From: Geosiphon pyriformis uo1
Taxonomy: Eukaryota; Fungi; Glomeromycota
Assembly (NCBI GenBank): GCA_016748015.1
Contig: JAAOMT010000523.1
Location: forward strand, 455,221 to 519,220
DNA: 64,000 nt
Direction: 5' to 3'
The notes under the pieces are model-generated. The model was given only the letters and a program-made list of their open reading frames with translations, was not told the origin of the DNA and searched no databases. The translations under genes and the position numbers were made by a program. This document shows positions 52,201 to 63,861 of the stretch, piece after piece (positions within the stretch are counted from its first letter, which is position 1; each line of letters starts with the position of its first letter).

Positions 52201-53510
52201 ATAATAATGAGAATATTATGTCAGAACATGTGCATAATATCAATACAGAGTTTAATCTCAGATATTTGAAAAAAACTGCTATTAGATTGGAATCTTATTC
52301 ACATATTAGTATAGATTTAAGAGATTTAGGAGATCTCAATAGAGCTTAATATTAAAAAAAGGGAATAATATTATTCATAAAAAGTAAGAATTATAATAAT
52401 AAGTAAAATAACCAATCAGAAATAAACATAGTAAAATGAAGAATTTCAGGATTTTTTTAAGGAATTACAAAATTCCAGAATTCTTTTGAGAAATGGTAAA
52501 ATTCTTTAGAATTTTATATAACACAAATTATATATATATAATAAAAGTATTAAAAACAGAAAAAGTAATTCTAAAAAAATTCAATAGAGTTTAAATTAAT
52601 TTAAAACAATATTTCTTTCTTTAAAAGATAGTTTTTTATGACTTGAAATAAAATTATTTCCATATTAATAAAATTATTTATTATTATTAAATCTATATTA
52701 TTATTACTTAATTAAGAATATATTAATTACTTCCCTACTATTAACACTTCATGTTAATAGAATTCAATACTTAACTATACTGGATTAATAATTCTTGATT
52801 ATAGCTATTAACATAATATTAATTTCTTATTTTTTTTTATTTTTATTTTTATTTTTATTTTTATTTTTTTATTTTGTTTTATTTTGTTTTATTTCTTTGT
52901 TATTTATTAATTAATTAAAGAGATTAAGTACAGAGTATTTGACATTAAGAATAGTCTGATAAAAAACCCAAAAATAAGAGTAAAAATTTAAAGATAGCTT
53001 ATCAAAAAGACATAACTATTAAAATAAACCAGTCATTATACTAAAAAAAAATTCACAAAAGAAATCATCAATTGAATTTTTGTTTATTATACAAAAAACT
53101 TAACCAAAATTTTTAAACTCTAAAACCTTCAAAAATTACCAATATTATCTGCTATTGAACACCAAATTATAAGTTTGTTATTTATTCTAACACCCCAAAT
53201 AATTATTTGTAATATCAGATTCAGAGTTCTAAGAACAACCATTCAAAGTCTCAATAAAAATTATTTTGTTATCAATACTGTTTATTAAAGCACCACTTTT
53301 TTTTTTCAAAAAAGTACTTATTCACTATTACTACTAAAACTTTGAGTCTTAATAAATTTCTTAATAGACTTCTCTATAATAATAATACTAGAACTAACTA
53401 TAGTCTTGTAATCAAATAAAAAAATTTGGGTTTATTATACTGAATAATTAAAACTTCTATTTTATAAATGTATTTTTAGTAGATTATTGAATGTAAAAAA
53501 GAAAAAAGTT
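43238..53510 (-). mobile_element. LINE C: full-length decayed non-LTR retrotransposon (ORF1 ~53370-48058, split by element E; ORF2 48061-~43385)
   Basis: (TAAA)n tail at ~43238-43265. Minus-strand motifs VLNSNFNEN (APE), HKTYNLVGW and YRYLGIF (RT), CLICDNVKPFNYVFTC (Zn finger), LLYILPIRTN (ORF1). Collinear with LINE B. Confidence 0.9.
49677..53214 (+). mobile_element. LTR element E: heavily deleted non-autonomous Gypsy-type element (LTRs 49677-50524 and 52369-53214)
   Basis: Two ~847-bp LTRs, TSD CCAG/TCAG, PBS and PPT. The 1.8-kb interior has knuckle, protease (IEATQYQ), LCKHC..YCDDC and dUTPase-start (LKWFSDNNENIMSEHVHNINTEFNLRY) remnants. Confidence 0.92.
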
Positions 53511-56113
53511 TTTTTTTTTTTAAATTTTTAATAATTTTTTTATAAAAAACAGAAATATTAAAGCTTTTTATATTAAAATAATATAATATAAATTGTTTTT
53601 AATTATAATTAGTTTAATCCATATTATTTAATTATAATTGATAAAATTTAGTATTGTTTTTTTGCTTTTTTAATAAGTTAACAATTCTTAATAAAATTAA
53701 TTTTAAAGTATGTTTTTTTTATTAAATAATTATTAAATTATTTATTATAATAGTTAAATTATTAATATATTGTTAATGTTTTTTTTAATTGTTTTTAAAT
53801 TAATTACAAATTTTTAAAAAAAATAAAAATAAAAAATAAAAACAAAATAAACAAAATAAATAAAATAAAATAAAAATATTCTGTTAATTATTATAATTAA
53901 AAATAATTAGTTTAAATTATTAAAATTTTAAAATTAAATAATGAATTTTAATAATAAAAGTTAAAATTTTATTTTATGTATTTGTAAATTTTGATAATAT
54001 TTTATTAAATTAAAAAGATAAATATATAATCAGATTTTTTTATTTTAATTAAATACAATATAAAAAATTTTTTTTTTAAATTTGAATTATAAATTACTTT
54101 TTTTTAAAGTAAAACTATTTATATATATACATATTTTTTGTTTATAAGATAATTTTTAAAAACTTGTTATTTCTATTATTTTCTTATATTATTTTGTTAT
54201 TAGCTAATAAATTTACTTAAATAATATTATGTTTTAATTTTTACATGGTTTTTTTAGTTAAAATTGTTTATTAAGAACAATATTAAACTTTTTTGTATAA
54301 AGTTTATATTTTAAACTTGTTAAATTACGTTTTTTTATTATTTTTAAGATTGTAAAATCTTTTATAATATTTGGTTTTAATTTTATATTTTTTATTATTG
54401 TTTTTTATAATGTTTTTTAAAACTATTGTAAATAATATAAATATTATTGGCAAAATTTTTGGTATTAAATTAAAGTTTATTAGACAATAATAATATAATA
54501 TTGTGTATTTTAAATTACATGTGTTTTAAATACTGCTTTAAAAAAATAATATTAAAATTTTGCTTATTTTAAATCAAAAACAGTTTATTATTTTAACAAA
54601 TATATTTAAAACCAAGTTAATAATTTTTTTAATTATATTGTTTTTATATTTACAAATTAGTTTTTTAAATATATGATTTTATTTGTTTTATTTCTCAATT
54701 TTTTAATTTTATTTAATAATTAAGATATATTATTTTAGATATTAAATAATACAATTATTAAAATTAATATTTTAAATAAAAATTAAATTTAATAAGAAAT
54801 TTTTAATTGTTAATGTTATTTTAAGTACTAAAATATAAATTATTTAATATTAAACTATGAAATATCTTTTTTAAATTATTATTTAAATATATAATTAATT
54901 TTAAAAATTTTATGTATTATTTTATTAATGCAAAATTTTATGTAATTTTTTGGTTTTTTCTTGTTATTGTTTTTAATTTTGCTATTAGCTTTAAATTGGT
55001 CTTTTTAATTATATCTATTATTAAATTAGTAAAATTTTTTTTAAATACTAAAGTAAATTGGTTAAAAATTTAATAAAAAAAAAGTAATCCATATTATATT
55101 AAAACATAATATAAAATATTTTTTTAATAATAATATAATTAATAATATAAAGCAGACTACAACAAAACCAGACAAAGTAAACATTTTATAAATGAGAAGC
55201 TGATTATGATGTGGCTGTAAAATCAATCATTGTGGTTGATGACGTTTTGAAGGTAATAACAGTACTCATTCATTACTTATGAACTTGTTAATTCTAATGC
55301 TCACTTTATCATACCAGAATGTGATGCATATAAACCATAACATGATTAATATAAAATTATCTCTATATAAAAATAAAATATATAAAACTAATATACATTA
55401 AGTCCACTATGGCTCCATATGTTTTTAAAATCAACAATACCCAAACTCTCCAAGAGTATCTAGATAAAGAAAAAATCAATTATGAAATTTACTAAGAAGA
55501 ACAAAAAATAATAAATAATAAATGAGCATTAACACCAACATATGATGAACCAAGAAAGAAATAAAAACTAAAAACATAAAACAAATATCTGTTTTTTTAT
55601 AATTATTGATAATTGGGACAAATTTCCATAATTCTTTATATACTGTTCAAGTAATAATAATAATATGCAAAAGTACTGTACATACTTTGTTTAAGAAAGT
55701 AATAAAGAAAATCAATTGTTGTAACTGTTTTTTGCAATTCAAATTCAGTTATCCATTATTATATGACTTGTTATAATACACATGTAAAAAATAATTACTT
55801 CACTTCCAAAAACAGAATTGTATTATGTAGTAGTAGCAGAATACAATACAACAATTAAACCATTTGTTAATTGTTCCATAACATGATATGCAAAGAAGCG
55901 TATAAAAGAGATTTCCTTTTGTCTTCATTATTCTTTGTCTTTAACAAAAGCATGGAGGGTTCTCAATCTGCTTTGCCAAATATGCTAGATCCAGATAACT
56001 ATAGTTGATTCGGTGCTTTAATACAGAGAAGTATCACATGTTTGTGTAAGTAAAATGTATAAACAGGACTGAGTTGGGTCAGCGCAGATCATGACTTACT
56101 AAAAAATATTGAC

Positions 56114-57100
56114 ATGGACTACTTACTGGACCCATTTGTCTTTGCTGTTAAATACAAAAAAGACTATCCAAATGCAACTGGCAAAGAGGCCAAAACTTTA
56201 TACAATGAATATAAGGAGTTTTATGTCAAATACCATTAAGAAAACCTCACAGCAACAATAGATTACTACATGCAATATCTCCAAACACTTGGTAAGCAAG
56301 GTAAGTAACACACGTTTATGAGGAGCAATAAGGAGAAAAGTTTGAATACTGTTACTGGTTTTGTACTATATTGCAAGAGAGGCAGTTGGACATTGTTAAT
56401 TGGAGCAGAGCTGGATCATAGTAGAACTAGGTTTATACGTAAACCCATTTAAAAGACAAATAAACAAGATATGATACATTTGAAGTCATAGAAGAAGTGG
56501 TTGTTGTGCTGTCAATATTCAATAGTAACTGCCAGGCTTCATTATCTGAAAGCTTTTTGGAATGTTATCAGCTGAGAAAAGAAAAAGTGGGGGCATGGCA
56601 GACAAGCAAAATTGCTTCTCCGAAATGATGTTCACATAATTTCTTTCTTACAGTTATTCCATCCAAGCATAAATTTGAGAATAAAATATTCACATAGGCT
56701 CATAAGAGACAATTTGAACACCCATATAGTGATTCAATCCAAATGTGTTGCTATTTTATGGATAAGCTTGATGAGATTGTAAGGACATAGAATTCACATG
56801 AACAGTATGCTCCAATAATAGCCATTGTGCAATCAAGTGGAGTCAGCAAGTCTTGCATTATATGTGAAGTTATGCAAAAACGTTACATGTTTTACTGCTG
56901 TTTATGGCCAAGCTTGAGCACTGAATTTCCCCTGTGTTCAGCCATCGCTAACAAACTCTTAAGTAATGAAGCGCACAACTGCAAGTTCTATGTTGTATAC
57001 CTGCTTGCATGTATGCAGATGTTTGTGGACATAATGCAACAGTACTCGCAGCTAATTTCACCTGCTGCATGGTTCAATTGGCACGTGTCTAGCATGCTGA
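56114..57100 (+). pseudogene. P-loop NTPase-domain pseudogene (Crinkler-associated-NTPase-like, QSSGxGKS type), truncated by LTR element D
   Basis: ...FEHPYSD...*NSHEQYAPIIAIVQSSGVSKSC...MFYCCLWPSLSTEFP; putative first exon 56114-56300 followed by GTAAGT; acceptor ttcttacag at 56653; stops and Walker A changes are all transitions. Confidence 0.65.
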
Positions 57101-58079
57101 TGTTACCAGATGAAATTAGAGATATTATTTAGCATAAAATTATCTCATAATTCCTATCATTAATTAGCATATATTATCGTTTCAAATTATCACTTATTAC
57201 ATTAGCAAAGAATGTTCGAAATTATCATTTAATTAATAACCCAAATTGTACACAACACAAATGTAACCTAATTGCGATGATCAATCATGCAATACCCCGA
57301 ACTATGTAACATTCAAAAGTTTGCTGAAATTTATAAAAATTTGCCAAAATAATTGATAGTTCACTAAAATATCTAATAGTTTGCAGAAATAACTTGTAGT
57401 TTGCCAAAATGTATCTTTAGTTCAGCGAAATTGTAGAAAATAGCAAAGTTCAAGTTCATAGAATAGTGTTACGACAAGTTGTATAAAAGAAGAGCTTCTC
57501 TCTTTGAGAAAATGTATCTTACTTTAGATTTATCTCTTAAAACTATTCCTATATACACAAAAAGAAATAAATATCAAATAATTCGAAAAACCAAATTCTT
57601 TAATTATTATACTTAGAAAATCCCAAAACCCAACTAACATTTTGAAATTGATTAACTACCAATTTCAGTAAACTGTTAGTGACTCCAGGCCTGGATAGAA
57701 AACGTTTCTCTTGACAAAATTCTATTTCTTTTACATTTCTTTTATTTTCTTTTATTTTTCTTATTACAATCATTAGGGTAGTCTACAGACGAGATTCCTG
57801 TAAAAGAGTTGACTTTCACAGCAAAGTAACTACACATTTTTAATGAGCTTCCAGACGAACAATTCTTGGGAAAGAGTTGATGTTTACTACAACGTAACTA
57901 CATAAAGTAACTGGCAAGGAATTGGCCATTCCACTTATAAGCCCAGCAGTTCAAATTATAGGAGATAATTTGAAGATAAATTCAGTTATTGGAGGTTCAA
58001 CCACATCCAGAAAACGTGAATTCACAGCAAATAAGTATTAACAACATTACAGAAAAGAGACCAAAAACCTCCGGTAACA
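57101..58079 (+). repeat. 5' LTR of element D (979 bp)
   Basis: Inverted termini tgttaccaga...tccggtaaca; TATA-like gtataaaag at 57481; followed by PBS TGGTGCTCTTCCACGGA at 58082-58098. Confidence 0.88.
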
Positions 58080-58121
58080 TTTGGTGCTCTTCCACGGAAA
58101 TAACACAGCAACAAATTCAAA

Positions 58122-59560
58122 GTGGCGACCGCCTCAGACATCACAACCTTAGAGTACTATCAATTGATTTACACACACTGCAAACAATGATTTGAAATAC
58201 ATGATGGAATCATAGCTTTCAAGAAANNNNNNNNNNNNNNNNNNNNNNNNNNNNNNNNNNNNNNNNNNNNNNNNNNNNNNNNNNNNNNNNNNNNNNNNNN
58301 NNNNNNNNNNNNNNNNNNNNNNNNNNNNNNNNNNNNNNNNNNNNNNNNNNNNNNNNNNNNNNNNNNNNNNNNNNNNNNNNNCATCTTTGAATTGATTTAC
58401 AAGACCAGAAGATTTTACATCACTCAGAAGTCCCACCAGACAACAAGAATCCCTTCAAACTAGTTCCAATCTCCTTGATTTTCTAGCTGAAAATCAAAGT
58501 GAACACTCTGAGACAGCAGCAAACGAAGAAAACAACTCTGAAATAATTGAAGAAGAATCAATAGACAGTGAAAACGAAGAAGACGAAATGACAACATACA
58601 TCACAAAAATCCCTGACTTTAATGGAGAAGACATTGAGACCAGTCCTCAAGAATGGCTCGACCAAGTTACTAAAGCCGGAGATGCAAATGGATGGAATGC
58701 CACCAGAATGTTAAGAACAATTCTATACTTTCTCAAAGGAACAGCAGAAGAATGGTTTGAAAACCTGGCCGCCCCATTCAATGATTGAAACGCTTTCAAA
58801 ACAGCCTTCCTTGAACAGTTTACCAACAATAATACCTCCATCATCTTTTGCAATTGTTTTCGAAATATCAAACAAAAACTCTCTGAATCCGTTATGATTT
58901 ATATTAGGAAATTCAACAAACTTCTCAGACGGATTCGCCAACTCGAAACAAATAATTATTATTCCGATGCTCAAATTTTGGATCAATTTATCGCTGGTCT
59001 AAAAGATAAACTAATTAAAAAGGTTCGCCCACACACACCAGAAGATTTAAACTCTGCCATACAACATGCAAAAAGATACAAAATGGCCATGGAAGAGGCC
59101 AATCGTACAAAACTTGTAAATTTGGCAATTGGAGAAACCAGCTCAGCAGCTGAGGAAAAAATTGACCAACTTACAAAGAAGGTTGAAAACTATTTTACTA
59201 ACCAACAACAACAAAGATATCAACCACCCCAAAAACAAAATCAAAATAACTTTGCACCACTTTCCAATAACCAGCCCCAGAATTGCCATTACTGTGGAAT
59301 CTCTGGCCACTGGAAAAGAGATTGCAGAAAGCTACAACGAGACCAACAAAATAGGGGTAATCAACATTACTCTCCACCACAGCAATTTTATTATCAACCA
59401 TCACTACCAGCTTACTATCCACCAAGACTCTAATACCAAAATAACTATTATCAGCCCGCCCCACAACCAATCCAACAGCAATACCAACAACCACCCACAC
59501 AACATTATCAAGTACCTGTTTGAAGACTAATTACACAAAATCAATTCACACTGATACCAA
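58122..59560 (+). pseudogene. gag: Element D gag (capsid from ATG 58588; CCHC knuckle)
   Basis: MTTYITKIPDFNG...QEWLDQV...ANGW; IKQKLSESVMIYI; CHYCGISGHWKRDC. Confidence 0.88.
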
Positions 59561-59869
59561 GTAAACAACAGTAGAATCAGTTCGAACAACCAATTGGTTC
59601 CCCGAAATACCACTCAACCAAGACCCAACCATTACTACACTCAACCCAGTTATTTAACAATGCTGGAAGAACAGGATTTTCACCATACTGTACTTTCAGA
59701 AGGTAGAGCTGCAGCACAACAACAACGAAACCCTTTTTATAACCACACCACTATTCCACCAGCCCGAATTGCTGAAAACGCTAATCTCTCTGATATTTTT
59801 CCTTTTGAATTTGAAGCAAATGAATCACTATTCTTGCTTAGCAATATAGCGGCTAATGAGCAAAAAGCC

Positions 59870-60250
59870 ATTACTGCAATGTACACAGAAGCTGAAGTAA
59901 AAGGAAAGACAATTCGCTTGATTCTAAACAATGGATCCGCCGGAAGCATTATTATTTACCAGTTAATGCAACAGTTGAAAAGAAATGTCAACCGATCAGC
60001 TCAAACAGTAATCGTCACTGCCGATGGCATGAAAAAAACCCCAGTAGGAGAAATTGACAATTTTCCATTCACTCTTGATGGAATCACCATTCCAGTCAAA
60101 GTTCTTGTAATGGACACACCCCAGTACCAAGCTCTCGTCGGAAATGATTGGCTTCAAAAAGCCAATGCTAATTTGAATTGGGAAACACAAGAGTTAACAA
60201 TCTCCTACCAAGGACAACATGCCCAAGTACCTGCCATTTGTGGTACATTC
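59870..60250 (+). pseudogene. Element D retropepsin-like aspartic protease
   Basis: RLILNNGSAGSII (decayed D-S-G), ALVGNDWL. Confidence 0.85.
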
Positions 60251-61544
60251 AACAAACGCTCTGAAAAAGCCCCGGCTTTTGAATTTGAACCAGAAGAAAA
60301 AAAACCAATAATCAAAACATTCATGGCTCTTGGATCAACGTCCAACTGGGCCGATGAAACAGAACAAGAACATTTTATCCCACACACTAAACCCGAAACC
60401 TCTGGATGGANNNNNNNNNNNNNNNNNNNNGATGGAATCACCATTCCAGTCAAAGTTCTTGTAATGGACACACCCCAGTACCAAGCTCTCGTCGGAAATG
60501 ATTGGCTTCAAAAAGCCAATGCTAATTTGAATTGGGAAACACAAGAGTTAACAATCTCCTACCAAGGACAACATGCCCAAGTACCTGCCATTTGTGGTAC
60601 ATTCAACAAACGCTCTGAAAAAGCCCCGGCTTTTGAATTTGAACCAGAAGAAAAAAAACCAATAATCAAAACATTCATGGCTCTTGGATCAACGTCCAAC
60701 TGGGCCGATGAAACAGAACAAGAACATTTTATCCCACACACTAAACCCGAAACCTCTGGATGGAATATATCTTACTCAAAACCCAAACCAAGGAAACAAT
60801 GCCCCTATATTCCCCTTAAATATAAGGACTGCCACAAAAAACTATCGTCAATGGGAGCCTGCATTTCACCTGAAGAAGAATATGAAAATCATACTTGTTA
60901 TTACTGCAAGGCTTGCTACAGAGAGCGATGGGACCATCTAATAAAAAAGAGTGGAAAATAAGACAACACCCCTTGTTTGACTTGTGGAGATATGCTACTG
61001 GAAGAATGCAATTGAATTGATGTAGCAATGAGAAGAGGTGTCTGCGATCAGACCTGCCAATATGCTTTATCAATTTCAGAAAAAGTAAAAAGAGGAACAC
61101 CCTTTAATGCAGCATACAATAGTGCTCTCAACAAATTTTATCACTACTCTTATGATGCCGAGATGATTTTCAACTTAGCAATGGCATTAATTAATGGAGC
61201 TACCAAAGAAGATGTTCATCAAATGAAGGAAGCAAAATATATTGAATACACTATAGAATTAGCTGGATTCAATTACAAAGATGAAGTAGAAGTCTACCAC
61301 CAAATTGTAAGTCACACCTATCCGACCCAAGAAGCTCAAATTCAATGATTAGAGCAAATGAACATTAGGCTATGTGAAGAATGCATTATGCCTTGCAATG
61401 AACAATGGTGTCCTGAATGCTATGCTTTTAGTATCCCCTTGCCCAGCAAAAATGATGAGAATGAAATTGAATTCGGAGAACCTAAAGAAATGGAAAAAAT
61501 TGAAACAACACCCATCTACCTTATTAAAAATCAGCCTGCCTTAT

Positions 61545-61972
61545 AACTTAAATACTTCAACAACAATGGACAAGGAATAAAACCCAAAAAAGCACACGAA
61601 ATTGATGCTGGATATGACCTAAGATATCCAGGCAAGGATACTTTTGTTCTCAAACCCAAATCTCTCACAAAAATCAACCTCAAAATTGCACTCGAAATCC
61701 CACCAGGAGCAATGGTTCAAATTGCCTTCCAGTCCTCTTTGGCAAGCAAAGGAATTAATGTCAGAGGAGGAATAATTGATGCTGGATATATTGGAGACAT
61801 AACAGTAATGCTTCAAAATGAAACTGACAAACCATTCAAGATCAAACATGCTGAAAAAATTGCCCAAGCTATTTACTTACCCTTAATTAACATTTCAGGT
61901 TTGCAACTAGTCAATCAAAGAGAACAATTAAGAAAAAGCGATAGAAGAACCCAAGGTTTTGGTTCAACTGGA
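61545..61972 (+). pseudogene. dut: Element D trimeric dUTPase domain
   Basis: All five motifs are present: DAGYDL, QSSLA (RSS), GIIDAGYIG, KIAQ, DRRTQGFGSTG. Confidence 0.93.
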
Positions 61973-62439
61973 TGATTCACAGTTCCAGTTTATATAGCTC
62001 TTAACACACAGAACAAATCCCACCAGATTCTCAGACTTCCATAACCAATTACTATCTCACCCTTTGGAGAACATCCAGAAATCTACACCTGCCCAAAGTC
62101 AACAACCACACAACAAATTTTTGAGTCCAATGAACAAGTCTGCTTGGAACATAATATTTCAATCTCAAACATTTATATTCCAGAAGGAACAAAGAAAGTC
62201 CAAGTTACTTTTTACAACCCCAATAATTATCCCATAATTTTATTAAATAATTTAGAAATTGGAATTATTCATAGTAATATATTTCAACAAGAATTACCCC
62301 AAATAGTTCCCAATTTCTCTGAAATTATTGGACATTCAATACCAAAAACCAACCCAAATTCTAGCTCTGAAAACTACCATGTTGTCATGGAAAAACTATC
62401 TCGAATCAACATGGGACAACTTGAACTACAACAACAGAC

Positions 62440-63812
62440 CCAGCTCAAAGAGCTAATTGCAGAATTTGCTGATATCTTTGCCAAAAACAACAATGACTTA
62501 GGAAGAACTGATTTGATTCAACACCAAATCTATACAGAAGATGCCAAACCAAGGCAACAACAAGCCTACTGTGTTGCCCCAGAAAGTCACCAATTTATCC
62601 GAGAAGAAGTACAACAGATGCTTAACAATGGGCTTATTCAACCATTAATGAGCCCATAAGCCTCACCTGTGGTCCTAGTTAAAAAAAAATGGAAAGATAC
62701 GATTTTGTGTTGATTATTGACAACTCAACAGTGTCACCATTGGAGATGCCTACCCTCTTCCCCGAATTGATGACATGTTGGATGCCCTTGGAAAGTCCAA
62801 ATACTTTTCAATATTAGATTTAGAGAGTGAATACTGGCAAGTTGCTATGGATCCCAAAAACTGCCCCAAAACAGCATTCACCACTCAAGAAGAAAATTGT
62901 GAGTTCAATGTAATGTCTTTTGGATTATGCAATGCACCAGCAACATTCCAAAGACTCATGGATGTTGTTTACAAAGGCCTTCTTTGGAAATCAGTAGTAG
63001 TTTATCTTGATGACACTGATGTTTATTTACCATCTTTCGAGCTATATTTAATTCACCTGCAAGAAGTTTTTCAACGATTATGGAAAGCAGGATTGAAACT
63101 GAACATTGAAAAATGCTACTTTGGAAAAACAAGTTTAGCTTTTCTTGGTCACATTGTTAGCAAAGATGGAATTAAACCAGATCCCAGAAAAATCAGTACT
63201 GTCAAGAACTTCAAGACTCCATGAAATACCACAGAATTAAGAGGATTTATTGGATTAGCATCCTATTACTGAAAATTCATCAAAGGATTCTCAAAAATTG
63301 CAAAACCCCTCAACCAGCTTACTACTAAAAATGTTGAATACAAATGGACAGAAGAACACCAAAATGTCTTTGAGATACTTAAGGAAAAACTCACAACAGC
63401 TCCAATTCTCGCCTACCCAGATTTCAGCAACCAATTCTGGTTAGCGACTAACGCCTCTTATACTGCCTTTGGTGCCATCCTATCACAGTTAGATGACAAT
63501 GGAAATAAGCGAGTAATTGCTTATGCTAATAGAACATTAAAGCCAGCCAAAAAGAACTACTCCACAACAGAATTGGAAACCACAGCAGTAATCTGGGCCC
63601 TACATTATTTCAATCTTTACCTCAGACCCAAAGAATTTAATATTATCACTGATAATATTGGACTTAAATGGCTACAAAACAAAAACACCCAGCTGAATGC
63701 AAAACAAATCCGATGGACAGGATTTTTAGCTACTTATCAATACATCGTACACCACAAACCAGGAAAACTCCACACCAACGTTGATTGTCTCTCAAGAATG
63801 AGGCAAGATTAG
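62440..63812 (+). pseudogene. pol: Element D reverse transcriptase and RNase H
   Basis: SPVVLVKK, YPLPRIDD, FSILDL..YWQV, KTAF, MSFGLCNAPATFQRLM, VYLDD, FLGHIV; RNase H LATNAS, YSTTELE, IITD, NVDCLSR. Confidence 0.95.
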
Positions 63813-63861
63813 AAAACAAAACCAACACCCATTTGAATTAACAGCATCAAAACAACAAACA

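Larger units (their letters stand above)
43131..54190 (+). mobile_element. Old relic X3 (pieces 43131-43237 and 53521-54190) split by insertion of LINE C
   Basis: The two pieces are contiguous in the homolog at 25187-25880. Confidence 0.65.

Noticed and set aside
54190-55150. Extremely AT-rich tract as centromere or organellar insert
   Set aside because: It is contiguous with relic X3 and has the same decayed-TE composition; there is no satellite periodicity or organellar gene motif.
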